Origin: Candidatus Zhuqueibacterota bacterium
Lineage (GTDB): Bacteria > Zhuqueibacterota > Zhuqueibacteria > Thermofontimicrobiales > Thermofontimicrobiaceae
Assembly: GCA_049322915.1 (NCBI GenBank)
Contig: JBMOPW010000020.1
Location: forward strand, 160,001 to 224,000
Length of the DNA stretch: 64,000 nt
Reading direction: 5' to 3'
Shown: positions 10,152-19,224 of the stretch, one piece after another
Numbering within the stretch: position 1 is the first letter of the stretch
How the letters are laid out: each line of letters opens with the position of its first letter
Notes under the pieces: model-generated
Database searches by the model: none
Told to the model about the DNA's origin: nothing
Seen by the model: only the letters and a program-made list of their open reading frames with translations
Position numbers and translations under genes: made by a program

Positions 10152-10370
10152 ATGGACAGACCAACGATCGAAGAGACCAAAAAGAAATTTCAGAAGCAAA
10201 TAATGGCCATCCGCGGCGTGGTGGGACTGGGCATTGCGCTGGAAAATGGCGATGAGGTGATCAAAGTGATGGTCGCGAAACATACCAAAGCGATCGATCA
10301 GAAAATTCCGAAAGACCTGGATGGCTATCGCGTGGTCATTTCCGAGACAGGTATTATTCGCGCATTCTGA
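10152..10370 (+). CDS. Small protein resembling the N-terminal prodomain of Nal1-like proteases
   Basis: AAAGGAG RBS; 72 aa, IMAIRGVVGLGIA...IKVMVAK...IPKDLDGYRVVISETGIIRA. Confidence 0.7.
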   Translation: MDRPTIEETKKKFQKQIMAIRGVVGLGIALENGDEVIKVMVAKHTKAIDQKIPKDLDGYRVVISETGIIRAF

Positions 10371-10706
10371 CGGTTGGATGAAACAGCGATTCATTTGCTC
10401 GTTCGAAAAGATACCGGATTTGAGGCTGGACGCGCCGACCCGTTTGGTTCAACGGCAGTGGTTTGAATAGACAGGCTTTCCGCGCTCCGACGACTGAAAA
10501 TTATCTTTCAACAATTCTTGCTGCAGCATTCCCGCAACGTGCCTGACTGAAATTTTTCATTCATGTCATATAAATTTCATTTGAATTTTACAAAATATTT
10601 AGTAACTTATAGACCGAAAATTCACAGCAAATATATTTTGCGCGTTTTCAGAACGATATTATAGTGTCATGAAAATCAAATCTTATTTGATTTTAGGGAT
10701 TGAAGA

Positions 10707-12383
10707 ATGATAAGATTAATCAACTTAGAAATTGACAACTTTCGATCAATTATTAGCACGACTTTACAAATTGAATTTTCCAATATAACATCGGTAATTG
10801 GACCCAATAATTCTGGAAAGTCAAATATTCTTCGTGCGCTACAACTTTTTTTTAATGGTAAAATAGATAATAAACCGTATACAGCTGATCTTGATTATCC
10901 AAAGAATTCAAGTTTGAGTCCTAGTAAACAAACAAAGATTACAGTTACTATAAGCTATGAACCTCATAGAGAAACTATTATCAATAATGCAATTCAAGAA
11001 CTTGAAAATAATTCTGGACAGCAGAGATTAGATAATAATCAAGTTAGGTTGAGACTATCTTATTCCAAAAAGGGAATCGAATCATGGCAGTTTATAGGTC
11101 GTGGAGGAGCACGAAATATCTCAAAGGAATTGATTAACAAAGTTAGAGATGCTGTACGTTCTTCGGTAAGATTTAAGTATATTCCTGTTGGACGAGATAT
11201 TAAAGAAACGATATATTCTGAATTAAGTGATGAATTGATCAGAACAATTTTTAGTGGCTGGAGTGGACAAATTCAATCAAGACAAGCGATAAATAATGCA
11301 ATTCAAAATTTAATTATGTCTTTAGAACCTAAATTAAATGAGACTAGTAATTCAATTACTCACTCAATAAATGATGCTTTCCAAGAAATACAAAATTTAT
11401 CATTTTCTCTACCATTTAATGATTTAGAAAGTATGTTGCCGTCATTATCGCTTAATATAACAGATAATTATGAAACAGGATTAACTGAAAAGGGTGCAGG
11501 TATTCAAACAAGTAGTCTAATTTTTCTTTTAAAGTATTTAGCAGATAATCATCCTCAAAGACATAACTCTAGAGTAACATTTTTTTGGGCTATTGAAGAA
11601 CCAGAATCGTATTTACACCCCGCAAGACAAAAAAATATCTCATCAATTTTAAACAGTTTCTCAAGTGAAGTGCAAACTATTATTACTACGCATAGTCCAC
11701 ATTTTGTACCAAGAACAAATAAAGAAAAATCATATATCATAGAAAAAAGTAATGATGAACCCTATTCTACGATGATAATAGGTCAAGATTATGAGCTTGC
11801 AAGAAATTCTCTTGGTGTAACATTACTTGATTCCATGTATTTACAACAAATAAACATCGTTGTTGAAGGTCCTTCTGATGAAATCGTACTCCGAAATGTT
11901 ATTGAGAAAGCATATTCTAATTCTCAATTAAATCTTGATCCAACAGAAATAAAATTTTTCCCATCTGGGAATGCTCAATCAGCATGCTATTTATATGAAT
12001 CACTTAGATATTTTGGGGATTCAGATCAAACTAATATCTACTTAATAATTGATGGTGACGATGCAGGTCGAAAGGCACTAAATGGATTGATAAATAGACT
12101 GAGAAATATATCTGGAATAACAATCAAAGCCAATAAAGATTATTTTCAGTTGCCGATTGATGTAGAGAACTTGACTCCACGTCGGATAATTGAAATATTA
12201 GAGCAGGAGAGACCAGCTCAAGTTCAGGTTAATCGTGATACAAACAGTCAGATTACTTTTTTTAAAATATTAGACAGTCATAAAAAAGCTGTTGCTAGAC
12301 GAATCGGGGAGCTAATTCAAGAAGAAGAACTAAATGAATATTTGACCATATTTAAAACAATAGAATCACTTTCGCAGATATAA
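10707..12383 (+). CDS. OLD-family ATP-dependent nuclease (ABC ATPase + TOPRIM)
   Basis: NFRSI, GPNNSGKS (Walker A), KGAG signature, IEEPESYLHP (Walker B), TTHSP; TOPRIM VVEGPSD and DGDDAG; strongly AT-rich. Confidence 0.88.
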   Translation: MIRLINLEIDNFRSIISTTLQIEFSNITSVIGPNNSGKSNILRALQLFFNGKIDNKPYTADLDYPKNSSLSPSKQTKITVTISYEPHRETIINNAIQELENNSGQQRLDNNQVRLRLSYSKKGIESWQFIGRGGARNISKELINKVRDAVRSSVRFKYIPVGRDIKETIYSELSDELIRTIFSGWSGQIQSRQAINNAIQNLIMSLEPKLNETSNSITHSINDAFQEIQNLSFSLPFNDLESMLPSLSLNITDNYETGLTEKGAGIQTSSLIFLLKYLADNHPQRHNSRVTFFWAIEEPESYLHPARQKNISSILNSFSSEVQTIITTHSPHFVPRTNKEKSYIIEKSNDEPYSTMIIGQDYELARNSLGVTLLDSMYLQQINIVVEGPSDEIVLRNVIEKAYSNSQLNLDPTEIKFFPSGNAQSACYLYESLRYFGDSDQTNIYLIIDGDDAGRKALNGLINRLRNISGITIKANKDYFQLPIDVENLTPRRIIEILEQERPAQVQVNRDTNSQITFFKILDSHKKAVARRIGELIQEEELNEYLTIFKTIESLSQI

Positions 12384-12391
12384 AATATTTA

Positions 12392-12515
12392 TTATAACAA
12401 TTGACTTCACTTGGTATAACCGCTGATGATGAATTCTATAATTTTGAAAATTTAATCGTTCATTACTTTAGTATAATACGGTGTAACGGTTTTGCAGGTG
12501 AGCCGCCCGATAAAT
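12392..12515 (+). other. Degenerate integron attC-like site
   Basis: TTATAAC-AATTGA-CTTCACTTG-GTATAACCG ... CGGTTTTG-CAGGTGAG-CCGCCC-GATAAAT, ~124 bp starting just after the stop; right core reads GAT instead of GTT. Confidence 0.45.
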
Positions 12516-12587
12516 AGCTGCATGATTGAATCATGCGTTGTTGCCATGTTGAAATGAGTTTGAACCCGGAAAAATAAGGAGTGGCAG

Positions 12588-14246
12588 ATGGATGAATTAT
12601 TGAAACAACTGAACCATATTGTTGGCCAGGACTATGTCATAAGTCCTGATAAACCCGAGTATTTCGCCTATACATTTGGGGATGCGACGATGTATCGGTC
12701 CAAGCCGGAGGTGATTGTCTACCCCGGCGCCGTGGAGGAAATTCAGCAGATCGTGAAGCTGGCGAATGAGAAAAAGATCGCTGTCACGACGAGCGCCGGA
12801 CTCACCGGTCTGTCCGGAGGCGCCATTGCGCAAAAAGGCATCCTGCTCAATGTATCCCGGTTGAGGCGCATTGTGGCCGTGGACGAAGTGTCCAAAACAG
12901 TGACGGTTGAGCCTGGCGTGAGTTGCGCCAAACTGAACGACTATTTAGCGCAATACAGATTGATTATCCCGGTGGCGCCGGCTTCGCATTTAATCTCGAC
13001 GTTAGGCGCCAATATCGCTGAGGCTTCCGGCGGAACGTTCGGCATGTCCAAAGGGACATTCAAGAACTATTTGCTCACGCTGAATGTGGTTGACGGTCAG
13101 GGAAATCTGTTTCAAACGGGCAGACCGTTCCCCAAGCAGAGCACTGGTCCGGATCTGACAGCGCTTTTCCTCGGTTCTGAAGGGACTATGGGCATCATCA
13201 CGGAAATGACCTTCCGCTGCGACTACCTGCCTGAGGATACCTGGACGATTCGCTGCCAGTTCGAAGATGAATCTGCGCTGCAAGCCATTCACGAAGGATT
13301 GGCCAGGGAGAAAATCGAGCTGTTCTCGTTCGAATATATGGACGATAAAATCATGAAGTGCCTGGGAAAAGAGCACATGCTGCTATTGCTGCAAACCGCC
13401 GGCTCCAAACAGTGTTCGAAGATCAATGCCGAAAAAGTGGTTGCGCTGCTCGAAAAGCTTCATCCCATAGAATTGAAATATACCAACGATCCCAAAGAAG
13501 CGGATGTCTTGTACACGGAGCGCAGAAGCGCTCTGGGCGCGCTGGCTAAAGCGGACCCGAATAAGCCGGTCATCGTTCAATTCGATCCGGTGCTGCCGCT
13601 TCACAAATTCAACGAGGGCGTGAAAAAAATGCGCGAGTTGGCTGCCCGCGAAAATCTTGAATTGATCATTTACGGCCATGCCGGCGATGGCAATCTCCAT
13701 CCCAGTTTCATTGTCGAAGATGATATTGAGCAGAAGAAGAAGGCCCGGAAGGTGATCCGCGAGTTCGACGTATGGATTGAAAAAGAGGGCGGTGTGTATG
13801 CCGGCGAGCATGCCGTTGGTTTCTTCTTAGGACGCGGTCAGGATTTTATCCGGCCGGAGGTCGGCCGATACCTCAGCGCGATCAAAGATACCTTCGATCC
13901 CAATCACGTTCTCAATCCCGGGAAAATTGTGCATATCGAGGAACCGTCCCTGGAACTGGAACCGGTCAAAGAACAGTACAAGCCCATCGCCGCAATCTGC
14001 TCGCTGTGCGCCAAGTGTCACCTGTGCAAGAATGACAGCCCGAAATTTGCCCAGATGCCATTCGAGCACAATACAATACGCGGGCGCATTGCCATGATCG
14101 ATTCGGCAACGCGCGGGAAAATCCCGTTCGACGAGATCAAACCATTTGTCGCGGAGATGGAGCCCTGGACCAAAGGGATGAATTGCCCGACATTCATCAA
14201 GAACAGAATGGGCGAGTTGATCTCGCTGAGTCTATCCGAAGTCTGA
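12588..14246 (+). CDS. FAD-linked oxidoreductase, GlcD/D-lactate dehydrogenase family, with a short Cys-containing C-terminal extension
   Basis: GLTGLSGGA, VEPGV, GSEGTMGIIT, GHAGDGNLH, GEHAVG, FDPNHVLNPGK; tail CAKCHLC...RGRI...NCP. Confidence 0.88.
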   Translation: MDELLKQLNHIVGQDYVISPDKPEYFAYTFGDATMYRSKPEVIVYPGAVEEIQQIVKLANEKKIAVTTSAGLTGLSGGAIAQKGILLNVSRLRRIVAVDEVSKTVTVEPGVSCAKLNDYLAQYRLIIPVAPASHLISTLGANIAEASGGTFGMSKGTFKNYLLTLNVVDGQGNLFQTGRPFPKQSTGPDLTALFLGSEGTMGIITEMTFRCDYLPEDTWTIRCQFEDESALQAIHEGLAREKIELFSFEYMDDKIMKCLGKEHMLLLLQTAGSKQCSKINAEKVVALLEKLHPIELKYTNDPKEADVLYTERRSALGALAKADPNKPVIVQFDPVLPLHKFNEGVKKMRELAARENLELIIYGHAGDGNLHPSFIVEDDIEQKKKARKVIREFDVWIEKEGGVYAGEHAVGFFLGRGQDFIRPEVGRYLSAIKDTFDPNHVLNPGKIVHIEEPSLELEPVKEQYKPIAAICSLCAKCHLCKNDSPKFAQMPFEHNTIRGRIAMIDSATRGKIPFDEIKPFVAEMEPWTKGMNCPTFIKNRMGELISLSLSEV

Positions 14247-14377
14247 TTCACTCGGGATTGATTTAGAAGCAAGTTCATTGACATCCGGTCGCGCATGACC
14301 CTGTCGCGTGTGCGACCGGATCGCTCCCTGATTCCGTACACACCATATCGAAAATCGGCAAGCATAGGAGACCGTGG

Positions 14378-16897
14378 ATGAAGAAACGCTGTTGTTGGGC
14401 GGTTTTATTCGTGCTGCTCGGATTGACTTCCCTGCCATTGTTCTCACAATCGCTGCAACATCCAAATGAATATTTTAATCTCACCCTGGGCGCAGACCGT
14501 ACGCTCGTCAACTATGAGCAACTCCTCGACTATTTCGACTATCTCTCCCGGCATTCTCCCCGAATTCAAATCGAAAACCTGGGTGTTACAACTGAGCGTC
14601 GTTCGCTTGTGCTGGCAATTATCAGTTCGGAAAAAAACATGCGTCACCTGGAGCAACTCCGCAGCATGCAGCAGGCACTGGCTGACCCACGCCGGGTGAA
14701 ACAGGACGAGCTCTCCATGCTGCTGTCTCAGGGAAGATCGATTGTCAGCGTCAACTGTTCCATTCACTCGACGGAAATTGGAGCCACGCAAATGGCGCCG
14801 CTGCTGGCCTACTATCTGACGACCGATACCTCGCGCTACGTGCGGGAAATACTGGATGAAGTGATTCTATTGCTGCTGCCGTGTCAAAATCCGGATGGGA
14901 TGAATAGCGTTGTCGACTGGTACAAGCGCAATCTGGGAACTCAGTATGAAACCGCGCCGCTGCCGTGGCTGTACCACACCTATACCGGGCATGATATCAA
15001 TCGGGATTGGTACATGCTGAGCCAGCGGGAGACGCGACTCACGGCCGAGAAAATTTACAATGTCTGGCACCCTGTCATCACGCTGGATATGCATCAGATG
15101 GGCGGCCAGGGCGTGCGACTGTTCGTTCCGCCCTACGTCGATCCGATCGATCCAAACGTGGATCCGCTTCTGGTCAGTGAGATCAATATGCTGGGCTGCA
15201 CCATCGCAGCGGATTTGACAGCCAGGGGTAAGTCCGGCGTCATCACACATAGTGGATTTGACGCCTGGTCGCCGTCCCGGACCTACAGCCATTACCACGG
15301 CGGAATCCGCATTCTCTCCGAAGTCGCAAGCTGCTACATCGCAACACCCATTGAACCAATTTCCGAACGCCATCCGTCCCGAACCATGAAGCCATCGTGG
15401 AATCTGCCGCTGCCGTGGAACGAGTCCGCGTGGCGTCTGTCCGATATTATCGATTATGACAGGGACGTGGTTCTGTCCGTACTGACTCACGCGGCGCGGT
15501 ATCGGGAGAACTGGCTGCGAAATTTTTATCAGGTGGGCGTGAACGCCATCCGAGATACGTCCTGCTTCGCCTATGTCATTCCCGACAGCCAGCGCGATCC
15601 GGCCCTGGCCTGGGAGTTGTTGCGCGTGCTGGAACGGGGACAGGTGGAAATTCATCGCTCAGAATCCGGTTTCCAGGCTGACGGCAAGCGCTTTGAAGCG
15701 GGCAGCTATATCGTGTACAATGCCCAGCCGTACGGCGCGTTCGCCCGAACCCTGCTGAACGCGCAGCATTATTCGTGGGAAGAAAACGCCCAGGCTTACG
15801 ACATCGTTGGGCATACGCTTCCGTTGGCGATGGGAGTCAGTGTCGACCGAATTCGCCGGCCATTCGATGTCGCTGTCAGTAAAATGGATACGTGCCTGTT
15901 GGCTGAAGGCGTCGTCGTTGATTCGGCCGCTAAACTTTTTTTGTGCGAAAACCGATCTACCTACACGGCCAGAGCCATAAACCAATTGCTGAAAAAGGGC
16001 GTCCCTGTTCACTGGTCGGTCAAGCCAGTTGAAATCGATGGCCGCGTTTATTCCGAAGGCAGCATCGTCGTGGAGACGGATCGCGCTGCCGAGGTCTTGC
16101 AGCCTCTGTCCCGCGATCTGGGATTGTCGTTCTTCGGCGCCCGACTGAGAAAAGAAGACCTGTCGCTGAAGCGAATCCGGCCATTCACGGCTGGATTGTA
16201 CCGGAGCTGGACCGCCAATATCGATGAAGGCTGGCTGCGATTCGTTCTGGAGGAATATGGCTTCAATTTCAAACCTCTCTTTGATGCGGATATCCGCGCC
16301 GGCAAGCTGGGGCGAACATGTCACGCCATCATTTTCCCGGATATCGCGGGGGATGGAATTGTGCACGGCAATCGGCCGGAGCGGATGCCGGAGCTCTATT
16401 GCGGCGGCATTGGCGAGGAAGGCATTCAAAATTTGAAGTCGTTTGTGCTGGAAGGGGGAACGCTTGTCCTCGTCGGGGACGCTGCATTTTTAGGATTGAA
16501 TCATTTCGATGCGCCGGTGGGCGATTTCCAGGCCAGCCAGACAAAAGGATTTCGCGTCGGCGGGTCCATCCTCAAACTGAATCTGGATACCACCTCGCCG
16601 ATCTGTTACGGGATGCCGGCGCAGGTGAGCATCCTGTTTCAGCAGCGGAATCCCCTGTTCGAGACAGCGACTGCCCGCACCGTCGGTCGGTTTCCTGACA
16701 AGGATTTGCTGCTGAGCGGCGGACTGTTGGGCGAGGAGGCCATCGCCAATAAAGCTGCCATTGTCCACGTCCCTTATGGCAAAGGCCAGCTCATCCTGTT
16801 CGGATTTCGACCCTATTTCCGCGCGCAAACCCGGGGGACGTACAAATTATTATTCAATGCCCTGTTTTTATCCAATTTGAAAAAGCAGGAAAATTAG
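14378..16897 (+). CDS. M14 zinc carboxypeptidase family protein with a C-terminal GATase-like domain
   Basis: Signal peptide; IHSTE (HxxE), NPDG, HDINRDW, DMHQMG; C-terminal DEGWLR and FVLEGGTLV. Confidence 0.88.
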   Translation: MKKRCCWAVLFVLLGLTSLPLFSQSLQHPNEYFNLTLGADRTLVNYEQLLDYFDYLSRHSPRIQIENLGVTTERRSLVLAIISSEKNMRHLEQLRSMQQALADPRRVKQDELSMLLSQGRSIVSVNCSIHSTEIGATQMAPLLAYYLTTDTSRYVREILDEVILLLLPCQNPDGMNSVVDWYKRNLGTQYETAPLPWLYHTYTGHDINRDWYMLSQRETRLTAEKIYNVWHPVITLDMHQMGGQGVRLFVPPYVDPIDPNVDPLLVSEINMLGCTIAADLTARGKSGVITHSGFDAWSPSRTYSHYHGGIRILSEVASCYIATPIEPISERHPSRTMKPSWNLPLPWNESAWRLSDIIDYDRDVVLSVLTHAARYRENWLRNFYQVGVNAIRDTSCFAYVIPDSQRDPALAWELLRVLERGQVEIHRSESGFQADGKRFEAGSYIVYNAQPYGAFARTLLNAQHYSWEENAQAYDIVGHTLPLAMGVSVDRIRRPFDVAVSKMDTCLLAEGVVVDSAAKLFLCENRSTYTARAINQLLKKGVPVHWSVKPVEIDGRVYSEGSIVVETDRAAEVLQPLSRDLGLSFFGARLRKEDLSLKRIRPFTAGLYRSWTANIDEGWLRFVLEEYGFNFKPLFDADIRAGKLGRTCHAIIFPDIAGDGIVHGNRPERMPELYCGGIGEEGIQNLKSFVLEGGTLVLVGDAAFLGLNHFDAPVGDFQASQTKGFRVGGSILKLNLDTTSPICYGMPAQVSILFQQRNPLFETATARTVGRFPDKDLLLSGGLLGEEAIANKAAIVHVPYGKGQLILFGFRPYFRAQTRGTYKLLFNALFLSNLKKQEN

Positions 16898-16970
16898 CGT
16901 CGATGCAAAGGCGCTGGGCCGCTCCGCTGCCGGCCAATTCATTCACCAAACGCCACGAAAGGGTACAATT

Positions 16971-17702
16971 ATGGTGCATTCCACCCGCGATGTGAGTCCT
17001 TATTTGCGAAGTATCAAAGACTGGCAGGTTCGTGATATTATCAGTCGCTACCTTGAAGCGTTCATTATGTTCAAAGAATTCAACCAATCGTTCAGCAAGG
17101 GCGAGATCATGTCGTTCGGCAATCTTCGGAAAATCCATGACATTTTATGGGATGTGAAGGAGAAGCTGCATCTCATTTTCAAGCGCGTAATAAATCCGAA
17201 AAAGCGCATCTTTGAGCAGGCGAATAAATTCACGCCGACAGCAAGTGAAATCGATTTCATGAACAATGTTGGATTGCTCTTTCACAAAGTGATGGTAGCG
17301 CGGGAGTTGAAATACGTTCTGGATTATTACCAGGAAGAGGACGCCGGATTTCAGGAGACAAAGGCATCGCTCGACCACAATCTGGATCGGGTAAGCGCCT
17401 TGTTCGATCAGGGAGTTGAGCTGCTGGTTCAGACGCTGGTCAATTACAGGGACAATATTCAACTGCTCACCTATTTTCTGGAAAATAAAGAAGTCTGCGA
17501 ACCGCTGCTGAAGCGGCGTCATGAAGAGATATTGAAGATAATTTCCGGAGGGAGCGCGCTCGAAGATATTTACATGGCCGTGGTGAGGTACTACCAGTAT
17601 AGCGGCTGGATCCATAAGGCGGAAGTGGTTTTGAAAGAACTGTTGGATATTCGGCCGGGACATAAAGAGGCGACCGTGCTTCTGCAGGCGATCAATATGT
17701 AG
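16971..17702 (+). CDS. Hypothetical helical protein with a C-terminal TPR-like segment
   Basis: 243-aa ORF; YYQYSGWIHKAEVVLKELLDIRPGHKEA resembles a TPR. Confidence 0.75.
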   Translation: MVHSTRDVSPYLRSIKDWQVRDIISRYLEAFIMFKEFNQSFSKGEIMSFGNLRKIHDILWDVKEKLHLIFKRVINPKKRIFEQANKFTPTASEIDFMNNVGLLFHKVMVARELKYVLDYYQEEDAGFQETKASLDHNLDRVSALFDQGVELLVQTLVNYRDNIQLLTYFLENKEVCEPLLKRRHEEILKIISGGSALEDIYMAVVRYYQYSGWIHKAEVVLKELLDIRPGHKEATVLLQAINM

Positions 17703-17703
17703 C

Positions 17704-18657
17704 TCAATCCTGATCCGCGTATTTGATGAGCGTCACCTCGTTGCCGCTTTCATTGAATTTCACCTCATCGAAATAAAACCGGGTCATCAAAATCCCTCGT
17801 CCGTGCGGCCGGCTGAGCGTTTCCATGTCATCTTCGTAAGTCACGGATTCCCAATCGAATCCCTTTCCCTGGTCGCGAATGGTGAACCGGAGCTTTTCAT
17901 CATCCATTTCGTAATCGATGATCACTTTCCTTTTCTGATAATCCGGATTATTGAATCGCGCTTCCAGCAAATCGTTGTAAGCGTCCTGATCCAGCGCGTG
18001 GCTCTTTTCCTCGAAGGTGATATCGAGATTGCCGTGCTCGATGGCGTTGATGATCATTTCATACAAGCCGGTCTTCAATCCGGTCAGAGAAGCCGGTTTG
18101 CAAATATTGGAAGCGCACTGGAGCAACTGGTTGATCACGCCGGAGATTTCATAGATATTATTATCAACGGATAACAGCTTCCGTTCCTGCTTCACCGGCA
18201 CCACAGTTATTTTCTTCTGCTGCTCCTCGTGATACAGAGTAACGATTTTTTTTGTGATCAAGATAAGCTCCTCAATGTTGACAGGCTTTTTTAAATAATT
18301 CAATGCGCCGGCTCTCAGGGCGCGAATGATCATTTCTTCCGTGCCGTAGCCGGAGAGCAACACCACGTTTGCGCCGGGGTCCAGCTCTTTCAATTTTTCG
18401 AGAAAGGTGAGCCCGTCCATCACCGGCATGATGATGTCGCTGAAGACGCAGATCGGTTTGAATTGACGATACAATTCCAGAGCCTCTTTGCCATTGCCGG
18501 CGCATACGATTTTGTAGGTGCTGAATTTGGCGAGAGTCCTTTGTATGAGCAATCGAATCATCTCTTCGTCATCGACCACCAGAATCGTGACGTGTTCTTC
18601 TTTCAGTATTATCCTGTTTGGAATCATGAGTTGTACAGTTGTATTAATTTTTCCCAC
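17704..18657 (-). CDS. Response regulator receiver fused to an anti-sigma-factor-type ATPase (HATPase_c_2)
   Basis: ILVVDDE, SDIIMPVMDG and YLKKP; C-terminal EMIINAIEHGN, IRDQGKGF, HGRGI and FNESGN; start uncertain (GTG 18657 or ATG 18627). Confidence 0.88.
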   Translation of the reverse strand: MGKINTTVQLMIPNRIILKEEHVTILVVDDEEMIRLLIQRTLAKFSTYKIVCAGNGKEALELYRQFKPICVFSDIIMPVMDGLTFLEKLKELDPGANVVLLSGYGTEEMIIRALRAGALNYLKKPVNIEELILITKKIVTLYHEEQQKKITVVPVKQERKLLSVDNNIYEISGVINQLLQCASNICKPASLTGLKTGLYEMIINAIEHGNLDITFEEKSHALDQDAYNDLLEARFNNPDYQKRKVIIDYEMDDEKLRFTIRDQGKGFDWESVTYEDDMETLSRPHGRGILMTRFYFDEVKFNESGNEVTLIKYADQD

Positions 18658-18902
18658 ACATGCAAACGGTTTTCTCTTTTATTTTCGACATGTTTCTATT
18701 TTTATTCATCGTGTTTAAGAAAAATTAAGAATTGCGCCGGTTGCAACAGCCATATCCCGTACCAAACGGACGAAGCAGCGTGTGCCTTGCTCTGGAAAGA
18801 CATGCTATTTCCGCACATGCAATCAATGCCCGGAACAGGAATGCGAAGGACGCGTTGGCGCAGGGTGCCATGCGGCTCGCCAGGAGATTCCCAATTCGGG
18901 GC

Positions 18903-18931
18903 TTGACTTGTACGCTTAATTTTTTTATATT
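18903..18931 (+). promoter_or_regulatory. Putative sigma-70 promoter for the araA operon
   Basis: TTGACT-N17-TATATT. Confidence 0.55.
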
Positions 18932-19060
18932 GGCTGAACAAAGCCGGGACCATCCCGGAATAGGTCGGGGAAGGCATCCCCGGGTTTCGATTGCAGACCA
19001 AAGGATGAGCGTTCGAAGCGGTGCTTCTGCGACGGTTGGTTCGATTTAATTAATTTCTAA

Positions 19061-19189
19061 ATTGAGCGATAAGCGAACAGCATTCAGCCATCAGCTTATA
19101 ACAACAATGAATTGGGACATTTGCAAGGTTTCACACATTTGGCGATAGCTGATAGCTGACGGCTGATAGCTATAAGCTATTCGCTTCTT
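19061..19189. repeat. Gene-less heptamer inverted-arm element (copy 2)
   Basis: Left arm attgagc-gataagc-gaacagc-attcagc-catcagc; right arm ggcgata-gctgata-gctgacg-gctgata-gctataa-gctattc-gcttctt; shares CTAAATTGAGCGAT with copy 1. Confidence 0.85.
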
Positions 19190-19224
19190 TTCGTTAATCA
19201 TCTACTGAGTGAAAGGTATGATCC

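Noticed and set aside
10707..12383. Gabija, retron or PARIS system
   Set aside because: No UvrD helicase, reverse transcriptase or second gene is adjacent; only a single OLD-type ORF.
18700..19050. Small ORFs or a riboswitch upstream of araA
   Set aside because: The ORFs lack an RBS and motifs; short hairpins are present but I recognised no aptamer consensus.
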